Shown here piece by piece: positions 26,431-35,933 of a stretch of 36,193 nt of DNA. How positions within the stretch are numbered: the stretch's first letter is position 1; every line of letters starts with the position of its first letter. Made by a program: the position numbers and the translations under genes. The notes under the pieces were generated by a model. The model did no database searches. It worked only from the letters and a program-made list of their open reading frames with translations, and was not told where the DNA came from. Origin of the DNA: Bacteriovoracia bacterium (GTDB lineage: Bacteria; Bdellovibrionota; Bacteriovoracia; Bacteriovoracales; Bacteriovoracaceae); assembly GCA_046570105.1 (NCBI GenBank), contig JBKHVI010000026.1:1-36193 (forward strand), read 5' to 3'.

Positions 26431-27577
26431 AAAACCTCTTCGACAAATCCTGGGGAATTTGACTACTTGCTAAAATGTTAACAATTTTTTTTGCGACACC
26501 TGCTTGCCCAAAGGGATGTCCTTTTTTTGACAAGTCTGCTTTGAAACCTGGCACAAGCGCTGTTGAAAGTGCTTGGGTTATTTTTTCAACGTTGAATGGA
26601 ACATCAATGATAGCACTGGATCGCACCCTACCGTCCTGGCGAGTTCCAATATTGACTGCCGGTGTCCCAAGTATGGGAGCTTCGATTACTAAACTTGACG
26701 AGTTTCCGATCGCTACGTCAGCAAGCTTCACCAGACCTAAGTAGCGCTGATGCCCCAGGGATGAAACCAGTAAGGCATTATTTTTACCTTTAACATACTC
26801 TTCCAGACACTCGTTAATTATCGCACCCTCTTGATCTGCATTTGCTTTCGTGAAAATAACTGTTCCAAGCTTTGCTTGTTCAATAGCTTGCAGCATGCAC
26901 TCTGCATGTTCGCGAGCTTTTCCAGGAGATCTCGTTTGAGGATGCAATGTAACGACAGCAATGGGCGAAACCAAGGATCGCCCTAGGAATTTTTCAATTT
27001 CTTCTTTATCTGCCAATACTGTGCTTAGTGCGTCGAGCGCAGTAGTTCCTACGTTAAACACATGCTCTGGGTCTTCTCCAAGTCGAATAACTCGACATCG
27101 ATACTCTTCAGCAGCCGTGAAATGCCACCAGGCCATCTTTGTCATCGAATGCCTAAGTGCATCGTCCACTGCACCTAAGGTCAACTCTCCTCCGTGGATA
27201 TGAGCGACGGGAATATTTGATAGAGACGCCGCCACCGTAGCAGCGAATGATTCATAACGATCACCTAGTACCACTAGAATGTCAGGATTCTCGAGCTTAG
27301 TAATTTTGCCCATTCCATCAAGAGTCTTGGCCGTGATACTTGTGATGGCTTCATTCTTAATGGCTTCATCAAGGATCGGAAGACGATGAGCGATTGGAAA
27401 ACCGTCAGCCTCTATTTCACTAACAGTCATCCCAAGTTTACTTGAAAGATGAGATCCAGTTACCACCAGACAAAGAGAGAGTTTAGGATTCGCATGAATT
27501 TCAGCAATAGTATGTTTGAGCAAACCATAGTCTGCTCTTGTACCTGTCACGACCATGATTTTTCTTTTTAGATTCAT
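26423..27577 (-). CDS. neuC: Hydrolysing NDP-diacetamido-sugar 2-epimerase (NeuC/LegG)
   Basis: TGTRADYG, GSHL, GDRYE, HIHGGE, GNSSS, G.RQ.GR. Confidence 0.92.
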   Translation of the reverse strand: MNLKRKIMVVTGTRADYGLLKHTIAEIHANPKLSLCLVVTGSHLSSKLGMTVSEIEADGFPIAHRLPILDEAIKNEAITSITAKTLDGMGKITKLENPDILVVLGDRYESFAATVAASLSNIPVAHIHGGELTLGAVDDALRHSMTKMAWWHFTAAEEYRCRVIRLGEDPEHVFNVGTTALDALSTVLADKEEIEKFLGRSLVSPIAVVTLHPQTRSPGKAREHAECMLQAIEQAKLGTVIFTKANADQEGAIINECLEEYVKGKNNALLVSSLGHQRYLGLVKLADVAIGNSSSLVIEAPILGTPAVNIGTRQDGRVRSSAIIDVPFNVEKITQALSTALVPGFKADLSKKGHPFGQAGVAKKIVNILASSQIPQDLSKRFYE

Positions 27578-28587
27578 AGTGTGTCGATTAAATCGTCTGC
27601 TTCATAATTCTTCGAAGACGGTTTTCCAATATAGTTCTCCCACTGCATCGGAGAGACACCACTACCTGGCCGCTTACAAGTTAAGTTTTTCTCAGTAAAT
27701 AAATCGCCCTTAGTAATACTTGTGGCCGCTACCAAACTCTTTCTAGCGGCATGGCGATTTTTGGCTTCAGAGCGAGTGAGTCCTTTGTGAGGAATACCTA
27801 AACACGCACTTATGTTTCTAATGCCGCTGACCATCGCCTTAAGCTCACTTGGCTCTAACGAAGCCATATGATCAGGCCCGGGCAAGCTACGATCTAATGT
27901 AAAATGTTTTTCAATAACACTCGCCCCTAAGGCGGTTGCTGCAAGTGATACTTCGATTCCGGCAGTATGGTCTGAGTAGCCGACGGCTACTTGGAAGGTT
28001 TCTCGTATTAACTGCATCGCCCGTAAATTCACATCTTCCATAGGAGTTGGATACTCCGTATTACAATGCAGGACTGTGATCATATCTTTGGGTAGACCGT
28101 GCTTGAGCAACGTTTCTAGACACAACCGGATATCTTCTAAGTCTGACATCCCGGTAGAGAAAATTGTTTTATGCTTCAAACCAGCGATGTGTTTCAGGTA
28201 GGGATAATTGGTAATTTCACCCGATGGAATTTTAAGGCGAGCAACTCCTAACTTATTGAGAAAATCAGCACACTCCGTATCAAAAGGAGTCGACATAAAT
28301 TCGATGCCACGACTATTTGCTAATTTCTTTAATTCTAGATGTGAATCCCAAGAGAGTTCTAAGCGCTTGAGCATTTCGAACTGTCCTTCTGAGTTTCCAG
28401 TTCGCTCCACTTGATATTGTGCTTTGGCGGTATTTCTTCGAACTAAGTTTTCGGCTTTAAAAGTTTGAAACTTTACAACGTCGGCTCCCGCATCTGCAGC
28501 AGCATGGACAAGCTCACGCGCAAGCTTCATATCACCGTTATGATTAACTCCGGCCTCAGCGATGATCAGCACATTTTCACCAGACAT
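27574..28587 (-). CDS. neuB: Nonulosonic acid synthase (NeuB/LegI)
   Basis: IAEAGVNHNG, KFQTF, KIPSGE, HCNTEYP, YSDHT, EKHFT and a C-terminal antifreeze-like domain. Start re-assigned to ATG 28587 (GGAGG upstream). Confidence 0.94.
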   Translation of the reverse strand: MSGENVLIIAEAGVNHNGDMKLARELVHAAADAGADVVKFQTFKAENLVRRNTAKAQYQVERTGNSEGQFEMLKRLELSWDSHLELKKLANSRGIEFMSTPFDTECADFLNKLGVARLKIPSGEITNYPYLKHIAGLKHKTIFSTGMSDLEDIRLCLETLLKHGLPKDMITVLHCNTEYPTPMEDVNLRAMQLIRETFQVAVGYSDHTAGIEVSLAATALGASVIEKHFTLDRSLPGPDHMASLEPSELKAMVSGIRNISACLGIPHKGLTRSEAKNRHAARKSLVAATSITKGDLFTEKNLTCKRPGSGVSPMQWENYIGKPSSKNYEADDLIDTL

Positions 28588-29170
28588 GTTTCCTCCCGAT
28601 GAATTGACCAGCTTGAACAAAAGCCTTGCTTGGGATCTCTATGCCCTGACATGTAACACTGTTACTGCCCAAGAAAACATCACTGGAAACTTTCACGTCA
28701 CCGTTTACAACAGCCGCAGTGGCAACATGTACAAAATCGCCGATGCGAGCACCATGTTCGACCAGTGACTTCGTATTTAGAATACTAAATTCACCAACAA
28801 CAGCATTCGGCCCTACGTAAGCATCATGCATAACGATCGTGCCCATTCCTACATGAGCAGTAGGTGAAACATAAGATCTAGGCGAGACAACAGTAGGAAA
28901 ATCAGCGCCTAAGTCTTTTAGTTTTTTTACAAGACTGCGTCGGAGATCAGAGTTTTTTACTTGGCCCAGTCCTAACACGACTAACGTAGATTTTTTTATC
29001 AATTTTGGTAAATCATCATCAGTGCCTAAGAATGGTACCCCTTCCCAAACTCCACCAACTGAACCCGGAGCGTCCACATAACCAATGACCTTGAAATTCG
29101 CTAGACTGCGAATAACGTCTAAACACGATAGTGCATGTCCGCCACGACCAATCAAAATGATTTCCTTCAT
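28577..29170 (-). CDS. neuD: NeuD/PglD-family hexapeptide-repeat acetyltransferase (LegH-like)
   Basis: G.GGHA, hexapeptide repeats, VEH. Confidence 0.85.
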   Translation of the reverse strand: MKEIILIGRGGHALSCLDVIRSLANFKVIGYVDAPGSVGGVWEGVPFLGTDDDLPKLIKKSTLVVLGLGQVKNSDLRRSLVKKLKDLGADFPTVVSPRSYVSPTAHVGMGTIVMHDAYVGPNAVVGEFSILNTKSLVEHGARIGDFVHVATAAVVNGDVKVSSDVFLGSNSVTCQGIEIPSKAFVQAGQFIGRKHVW

Positions 29171-30309
29171 GAAATGACTCCACTAGGTAAGTTCACTAAT
29201 CGATTGGTAAGTGCTCGAGCGACTTCGAGACTATCGCGAGAACAATTTGCATACATCGGCAAATCACTCATCAGCTCCCATACCGGACGAAGCATAATGC
29301 CTTGAGCGTTCGCTTCTTTTAGCCACTGATCACGCATCACTCGGTCTCGTAATAATACAGCATTTAGCCACCAGTTCGGCTTTGTGCCCGGACGAGCTGA
29401 GATGAATTTCACATCATTCTGAGTCGCAAAGAACTGCTCATAAGCATTCGCAAGCTTGGATTTGACGGCGAGAAACTCTGGTAGGCGTTTTAATTGAGCG
29501 CACCCCAGAGCAGCATTCAGATTAGGCATCCGATAGTTGTATCCCACTTCATCATGGTAAAATTCCCAAGTATGAGCTCGCTTCGCTGTTGTTGAAAGAT
29601 GCTTTGCCTTAGCAGCCAGGGCTTCATCTCGAAACAGAAGTGCTCCACCGCCGCCAGTGGTTATAATTTTATTTCCGTTGAAACTTAAAGCTCCAATCGG
29701 CGCAATACTTCCAAGCTTCTTATCATTAATTTCACTACCAAGTGCTTCAGCAGCATCTTCAATAAGTGGTATTCCCCACTCATTACACACATCCATGATT
29801 TCTAGAATTCTGACGGGATGGCCAAACACATGCATGGCTACACAGGCGGCAATCTTTTGACCGGAAGACTTAAGGTAAGCTTTGCCGTCTTTTTTGATTG
29901 CTGAGTGAGAGAGAAAATTCGCGAGAGCTATGTGAGAGAGCCCAAGAGTTTCCGGATCTGAATCGAGGAAGATGGGCTTGGCACCCAAGTAACTAATGGC
30001 ATTCGCAGTGGCTACAAAAGTCAGTGCCTGGGTGATGACAGCATCTCCAGGTTGCACCCCAGAAACAATCATCGCCATATGAAGAGCAGCTGTCCCATTA
30101 ACGACCGCTACGGCCTTGACTGCACCGGTGGCCTTAGCAAGTTCCTCTTCAAACTTAGGCACATGAGGGCCAACTGAGGAAACAAAACCTGAATCAATCG
30201 CTTCGAGTACACCTTCGCGATCAAAATTATTTAAAACGGGAGCATGAAGCGGAATCGCATCGTTTGTTTTGTATTGGCCACGAATGAACTTTATGAGTTC
30301 ATCAAACAT
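29167..30309 (-). CDS. legC: LegC-family PLP aminotransferase
   Basis: IPLHAP, VSSVG, NGTAALH, EDAAEALGS, SFNGNKIITTGGGG, GYNYRMPNLNAALG. Confidence 0.92.
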   Translation of the reverse strand: MFDELIKFIRGQYKTNDAIPLHAPVLNNFDREGVLEAIDSGFVSSVGPHVPKFEEELAKATGAVKAVAVVNGTAALHMAMIVSGVQPGDAVITQALTFVATANAISYLGAKPIFLDSDPETLGLSHIALANFLSHSAIKKDGKAYLKSSGQKIAACVAMHVFGHPVRILEIMDVCNEWGIPLIEDAAEALGSEINDKKLGSIAPIGALSFNGNKIITTGGGGALLFRDEALAAKAKHLSTTAKRAHTWEFYHDEVGYNYRMPNLNAALGCAQLKRLPEFLAVKSKLANAYEQFFATQNDVKFISARPGTKPNWWLNAVLLRDRVMRDQWLKEANAQGIMLRPVWELMSDLPMYANCSRDSLEVARALTNRLVNLPSGVIS

Positions 30310-31279
30310 TGTAGATATCCGTTTTGTAATGCTTCAAGTTCGCCGGCTCCGTAAACCAAGCAATCGTTCTCTTAAGACCTTCTTCTAGACTTACTTTGGG
30401 AGTGTGACCCGTTAACTTCTCTAGTCGTGAGCGATCACAAACTAAACGCATGACCTCTGAGTTCTCAGGACGAATACGTTGATCGTCTTGAACCAACACC
30501 GCTTTAGTGCCCATCAATTTTTGAATGAGATGAAAAGTTTCTCCAATTGAGATCTCGGTACCGGATCCTACATTGAAAGTTTCACCGGCCACACCATCCG
30601 CAACGGCCACATCCCAGAACCCACGACAGGTATCTTCGACGTAATTGAAATCTCTCGTAGGTCGTAGATCGCCTAACTGAATTTCTTTTTTCCCAGCTGC
30701 TAATTGAGAAATAATTGTGGGAATTACCGCACGCGCTGATTGACGAGGACCATAAGTATTGAACGGTCGAACAACCGTTACGGGAAATTTAAATGAATTA
30801 TAAAAACTCAAAGCCATCATATCAGCTGCAATCTTAGAGGCGCTATAAGGTGATTGAGGTTGCAATGGATGGGTTTCTGGAATTGGTACCTGGCGAGCGG
30901 TTCCGTAAACTTCACTGGTCGATGTATGAAGGAATTTTTTTACACCCGCATCCATGGCTGCCGAAACCATGTTGAGAGTTCCCTTGATATTGGTATCAAC
31001 ATAACTATCTGGCGCACGATAAGAGTAAGGAATGGCAATCAATGCAGCCAAGTGCATAACCACATCAACACCTTGAACGGCTTCACGGCAAAAACGCGGA
31101 TCTCTCACATCGCCGGTGATGACTTCAACTTTATTCTTGCTAGGGCTTGAATCAAGCCACCCCCAAGAGTTGAATGAATTGTAGAGACATACGGCACGAA
31201 CATCGACGCCTCTACTGACTAAAAATTCTGTGAGATGTGAGCCAATGAAGCCGTCAGCACCCGTAACTAAATAACGCAT
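30302..31279 (-). CDS. legB: LegB-family NDP-GlcNAc 4,6-dehydratase
   Basis: TGADGFIGSHL, YNSFNSWGWLD, LAALIAIPYSY, STSEVYG, YSASK. Start re-assigned to ATG 31279. Confidence 0.92.
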   Translation of the reverse strand: MRYLVTGADGFIGSHLTEFLVSRGVDVRAVCLYNSFNSWGWLDSSPSKNKVEVITGDVRDPRFCREAVQGVDVVMHLAALIAIPYSYRAPDSYVDTNIKGTLNMVSAAMDAGVKKFLHTSTSEVYGTARQVPIPETHPLQPQSPYSASKIAADMMALSFYNSFKFPVTVVRPFNTYGPRQSARAVIPTIISQLAAGKKEIQLGDLRPTRDFNYVEDTCRGFWDVAVADGVAGETFNVGSGTEISIGETFHLIQKLMGTKAVLVQDDQRIRPENSEVMRLVCDRSRLEKLTGHTPKVSLEEGLKRTIAWFTEPANLKHYKTDIYNV

Positions 31280-31352
31280 AAAGCACCGCACAATAGAGAG
31301 TGAATGAAGTGATCATTTTTCCCACAAGTGCTGCCATTTCTCCAATCAAAAC

Positions 31353-32291
31353 TCAGTTTTCAGAGTAGATCTCGGCGACCAGCTCCATGCTTTTGTACGC
31401 ATCCCGCAATGTCGGCATTTGATTAGGCTCCCCTTGAGCAGCTTTAATCATTTCCTCAGCCTGAAGTCTTAGACCTGGCTTGAAATCTTTGTCCCACGAA
31501 TGAAGCTCTAGGGGCTCAAGCTTTCTTTCACCAAACTTCTGCATAGCAATATTTTCAATGGGTCGCATCTCAAAACGAGCCTCATCTGTTGTAACGTTGA
31601 TGCTCCAGGGGCCAGCCCTATTCCAAGCTGCCTCATACAAGGCGACATCTCCGGAAGAGTAGGTCAATTTTGCGACCACATGCCATGGATCAGTAGAATT
31701 CCAAGGCAGAACTCTTTCAACATTGACAATTTCTCCTCGACCCAAAAGTTGCAAATAATCGATGAGATGTATGGAGTTTGCGAACATCCAATTTTTTACT
31801 ACGAGTTCAGGTTGACCAAATTTAAGTGCCGAAATTTGATCTTCCTGATCTAAAATATGAATGAAACGTCTCCCTGATTTCCCAGCTAATTCGCTTACTA
31901 ATTTTCGAGTACTCGAATAATGACGACGATTGAGCGCGACATAAACTTCAGATTGATTTACGTCTGCCAACTCAAGAATATTTTTCGCATCTTGCAAGTC
32001 ATAGCCTGCGGGCTTTTCAAGCAGAATTTTCCAAGGAAATTTAAAAGCGCTTTCACAAACCTTGGCTAACTCAAGCTCAGGAACTGAAATTATTACGATA
32101 TCGGCATGTGTCTGCTGATAAAGCTCTTGTATGCTTTGCGCAACAATGAGCTGGGGGTACAGTCCAGCTAGCTTCACTGACTTTTCAGATGATCTGCTAA
32201 ATATTCCGCTGAGTAGACAGCCTGATAAATCGTTAAAAGCCTTAAGATGCTCTGTCGTCATATAGCCAGCGCCAATAAATGCGATTTTCAT
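31353..32291 (-). CDS. Gfo/Idh/MocA family oxidoreductase
   Basis: IGAGYM..EH, LLEKP, NRR.Y, NSIH.ID, D..FKPG. Start is ATG 32291 (AAAGGA upstream) or 32306. Confidence 0.85.
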   Translation of the reverse strand: MKIAFIGAGYMTTEHLKAFNDLSGCLLSGIFSRSSEKSVKLAGLYPQLIVAQSIQELYQQTHADIVIISVPELELAKVCESAFKFPWKILLEKPAGYDLQDAKNILELADVNQSEVYVALNRRHYSSTRKLVSELAGKSGRRFIHILDQEDQISALKFGQPELVVKNWMFANSIHLIDYLQLLGRGEIVNVERVLPWNSTDPWHVVAKLTYSSGDVALYEAAWNRAGPWSINVTTDEARFEMRPIENIAMQKFGERKLEPLELHSWDKDFKPGLRLQAEEMIKAAQGEPNQMPTLRDAYKSMELVAEIYSEN

Positions 32292-32378
32292 TTTATTTCC
32301 TTTCATGAATCGAGGAGATTTACTTTACTCCGAGTATCGCGAAGAATAAAATTCTCCTCTGCTAATTCAAAGGTCTTT

Positions 32379-33443
32379 ATGTCACAACTATCTTACGAAG
32401 ACTTGTGGAACAATGAAATGCAAAAGTTCCACCGTTCGCTTTTTGACGAGCGCACACAAGAATTGCGCCCTGAATTTAAAGAAGAAACGACCTGTCCGGT
32501 TTGTCACTCTCCAAAATCAAAGCTGCTATTTTCCAAGGACTTTTTTAAATATTTTCGCTGTGACACGTGTCACTTGGTCTACATGAATCCACGCTTGAAT
32601 AAAGCCGCTACGCTTGGCTTCTATAATTGTGACCTCAATAAGGTCTACAATATTAATAAATTTGATATTGATGACCCTCACTCTCCTGATAACGTAACCA
32701 ACACAAAGAACTTCGTTTTACTTAGAGAGCATTTAGGTACCAACTCGGGAGCAAAGAAAATCCTAGAAGTCGGTTGTGCTAAAGGACATTTTCTTAGTAT
32801 CGCTCAAAAAGCAGGCCATGACGTTTATGGCGTCGAACTCAACTCAAAAAATGCCGACATAGCACGAAGCCGAGTAGGTGATAGAATTTATGAGCAGGAT
32901 ATTTTTGAGCTTGCTTTAGCTACTGATAGCTTTGATGTCATTTACAGCCGAGATCTTATTGAGCATATCCATAACCCAGATGAATTCCTAAGAGAAATTT
33001 CTAGAATTTTAAAGACCGATGGAATTTTATTTTTTGAAACTCATAACATCGAAAGCCTGGCAAATTGTATAGTCAAAGAGAAGCATACTGTGATTTTTGG
33101 TTTTGAGCATCCAGTTCATTGGTCTCCTAAAACTCTTTCTAATGCTCTCGCAAGACACCAAATCTTTCACGAAAAGACCTACTTTGAATCCAAAGACTTT
33201 ACCCTCAAAAAAATTCTGAAATATTATCTCGCTTCTACATTTACTACCGTTTACCGTTGGGAAGCCCCTAAAAAGAGGCAATTTCTAATCAAATGCCTTA
33301 TTAAATTCCTAAACCTACCTATTATTAAAACGATTGATGATAAACTCATACCCCTGCTTGCCAATTTTTTAGGGCGAGGTAGCACGATGAAGCTTGTGGC
33401 TCGGAAACATACAAAAAAAGATATCTCTTATGTTGAAAAGTAA
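32379..33443 (+). CDS. Class I SAM-dependent methyltransferase with CxxC...CxxC zinc ribbon
   Basis: CPVC...CDTC..VYMNPR, ILEVGCAKG, LIEHI.NP. Start re-assigned to ATG 32379. Confidence 0.85.
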   Translation: MSQLSYEDLWNNEMQKFHRSLFDERTQELRPEFKEETTCPVCHSPKSKLLFSKDFFKYFRCDTCHLVYMNPRLNKAATLGFYNCDLNKVYNINKFDIDDPHSPDNVTNTKNFVLLREHLGTNSGAKKILEVGCAKGHFLSIAQKAGHDVYGVELNSKNADIARSRVGDRIYEQDIFELALATDSFDVIYSRDLIEHIHNPDEFLREISRILKTDGILFFETHNIESLANCIVKEKHTVIFGFEHPVHWSPKTLSNALARHQIFHEKTYFESKDFTLKKILKYYLASTFTTVYRWEAPKKRQFLIKCLIKFLNLPIIKTIDDKLIPLLANFLGRGSTMKLVARKHTKKDISYVEK

Positions 33444-34389
33444 AATTTCTATTTTTCAAGAGTACTACACTCCACAACCCATCACTGATCGTTATGCTCA
33501 TGATCCAGCTAGTGCCTTAACTGTTATTATTCCAGTTATTCATACAAATGAACTTTGGGAACAAAACCTCATTTCAATCTATCGAGAAATCCCAGTTGCT
33601 GAGTTACTTATTGCTGATGGCGGCTGTGTTGATAATTCTCTCGAGGTCGCAAAAAAGTTTCCACGCGTACGTATATTGAACCATCATCAATATAAATCAC
33701 TTGGCTACAGTATTCGCCTAATGATTGAGGAAGTAAAAACTGATTGGTTTGCTTACTTGCACTCAGATGTGTACTTACCAAACGGCTGGTTCGATCAAAT
33801 GAAGTGCTATCAAGGCACTTACGACTGGTATGGCTGTCGTATGCAGCATACCTTGATGGTGGAGTACGATCTAGATTATGGCGAAAGACCATATGCTGGA
33901 GCACAACTTGGCAAAAGAAAAGTCTTTGAACAGCACGTCTCACGGGTTGATGATGATTATGTTTATAGGCAAGAGGATTTTGTTTTTTCAGATATCGTAA
34001 AACGCGGTGGTGGGATCGAAGGTCGAATAGATGATGTGTTTCATTACCATCAAACCATGCATAAAGTTTCGCCCACCGGGCGAAAGATTACCGGAGTGCG
34101 TATCTCTGTTGAAATGAATGATGCAGAAAAAGTACGCTCGGCCGAACAACAACTGAAAGGTATTGTGAAGTACTTGAAGCCTAATTCTCCCTGGCTTATA
34201 AATAGTGCTATTGCTAGCTTTGACCAACTAACGACTAACGGGATGATTCAAAAAAGTGAACTAATCTCTTGGATAAAGACTACGGATTCTCAATGGTGGC
34301 CAATAATCCGTAGAGGTGTATTTAAAACTCGCTTCAAACGTCGTTTGATAAATATTCAGAATTGGTTTAAATCCATTTCTGGGTTTTAA
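33430..34389 (+). CDS. Glycosyltransferase family 2 (GT-A)
   Basis: TVIIPV, IADGGCVDNS, YLHSDV, ED. Start re-assigned to ATG 33430, overlapping the upstream gene. Confidence 0.75.
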   Translation: MLKSKISIFQEYYTPQPITDRYAHDPASALTVIIPVIHTNELWEQNLISIYREIPVAELLIADGGCVDNSLEVAKKFPRVRILNHHQYKSLGYSIRLMIEEVKTDWFAYLHSDVYLPNGWFDQMKCYQGTYDWYGCRMQHTLMVEYDLDYGERPYAGAQLGKRKVFEQHVSRVDDDYVYRQEDFVFSDIVKRGGGIEGRIDDVFHYHQTMHKVSPTGRKITGVRISVEMNDAEKVRSAEQQLKGIVKYLKPNSPWLINSAIASFDQLTTNGMIQKSELISWIKTTDSQWWPIIRRGVFKTRFKRRLINIQNWFKSISGF

Positions 34390-35798
34390 GCTAACTCGCT
34401 TAGAAGTTTTAAAATTCTCTCATTAGTTTTCCCATCAATGAGAGCATACTTTGACATATCTTTTAGTTGGTTTTCTTTGAGCTCTTTGTAGAAACCATCC
34501 TGCATCGAGAGATTGTGGATGGCATTCTCAAACTCAATCATTTCATGCACAAGATAAACTCCAGGGAACGATTTGTAGTCTGAGTAGTGGAAGCGGTAAA
34601 CATCATAGTTGATGACTGGGACTCCACAAGATATTGCAATCCCTATCGTCGCAGAAACGCAGGCAACATAGGCATCCGCGAGTGGGATTAGCTCCGTAAT
34701 TTTTTCATCTGCAATGCTAGCTCCATATTCAGAAACAAAATCAAGGGTGGTTCTATCAGTCGATGGATGAACGCTGACTATTACATTAAATTTAGAATCT
34801 TTGCTTACCACCTGCATCCAATAACGAACCATGGTTACATAATCTTGAAAGTCACATTGCGGACATTGTGGTACACCAGAAATTGGATACAAGAAGTCTG
34901 GTGGTATCGCGACTAGTAATATTGGTTGATCAACTTTAAAACTATACTTTTCGAATAGTTTATCTTTATTTTGCCTCTTATTTCTAAGGGTCTCAAAAAT
35001 ATCATCATGGAAAGGTGCTCCTGTTGCCACAAGCGCTTGAGAAGGCAACCCCATCCTTTTCGCTCTATCCAGCATGTTGCTACCTTCAACTGCAATTTTG
35101 TCTGCTCTTCCCTGGTGTAATACCCATGGATTTTTAGATGAGAGTCCCAGCAACTCAAGGGCCAAGACTTGATATGCAGGTAGCCTTATTACCGTTTGAC
35201 CCTCTTTAGCATAAGTCCACTTCGACAACCATATCTTAACAAAACGTGCCAACATCCCTCGTATTTGGTGATCGGGGTTGGCAAGATACATCGTCGCCCC
35301 TTCGTGCTCCCCTAGCCAATTAACAAAAAGTACAGAAGGTACCTTTAAACTCTTGGCTGCTTTAATTAATAGCGAAGTATCGGTCCCAACAATTTCTCCA
35401 CCGGTAATCACTAATTCAATCTTATTTGTCTTGATTACTTTTTTAAATTTTTTGAGTTCTTTTTTCGTTTTCCTAAAGCAAGTAAAAAACAAATATATGG
35501 TTTTTAAATTGTGCCTCAAAGATCCAGTCTTTTGGGGAGTGTACTTATTTTTGCTCAATTCTTTAGAAGTCATCTTATGTACGCCACTTACCCAAGGCTC
35601 ACCTAGAGGATCCAAAACTTTAACGCCAAGTGATTGAACTAGTCTAACATGGGACTCAACACCATTGTAGGATAGAGGAAATATAACCACAGACTTGTAG
35701 CCTGCAGCAGTGTTAAGGAGTTTTAGGACTCCATACAAATTCTCAAAATAAGAATTGTAATTAAAAGATAACAGGACATTTTTAACAGACTTATCCAT
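34386..35798 (-). CDS. Hypothetical GT-B-like protein, candidate nonulosonate or phosphosugar transferase
   Basis: TGAP..D, VSVHP, SAT...A...GVPVI; resembles the capsule-biosynthesis/TagF-like and sialyltransferase-like fold. Confidence 0.45.
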   Translation of the reverse strand: MDKSVKNVLLSFNYNSYFENLYGVLKLLNTAAGYKSVVIFPLSYNGVESHVRLVQSLGVKVLDPLGEPWVSGVHKMTSKELSKNKYTPQKTGSLRHNLKTIYLFFTCFRKTKKELKKFKKVIKTNKIELVITGGEIVGTDTSLLIKAAKSLKVPSVLFVNWLGEHEGATMYLANPDHQIRGMLARFVKIWLSKWTYAKEGQTVIRLPAYQVLALELLGLSSKNPWVLHQGRADKIAVEGSNMLDRAKRMGLPSQALVATGAPFHDDIFETLRNKRQNKDKLFEKYSFKVDQPILLVAIPPDFLYPISGVPQCPQCDFQDYVTMVRYWMQVVSKDSKFNVIVSVHPSTDRTTLDFVSEYGASIADEKITELIPLADAYVACVSATIGIAISCGVPVINYDVYRFHYSDYKSFPGVYLVHEMIEFENAIHNLSMQDGFYKELKENQLKDMSKYALIDGKTNERILKLLSELA

Positions 35799-35933
35799 AA
35801 GGTATTTCTCAACCTGGATTGATATTATTACTCTTTCTTGAGGAGCGCCGCACCAACACCAACTCGTTCTTGTAGATCAACTTAGGTAATAAGAGAATAA
35901 TAGAGCATTATATAATAATAAGACAGGTTAACT

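Noticed and set aside
32247..32378. N-terminal extension of the methyltransferase overlapping the divergent oxidoreductase
   Set aside because: ATG 32379 is the plausible start. The same applies to track extensions of rmlC, rmlD, neuB, legB and the GT2.
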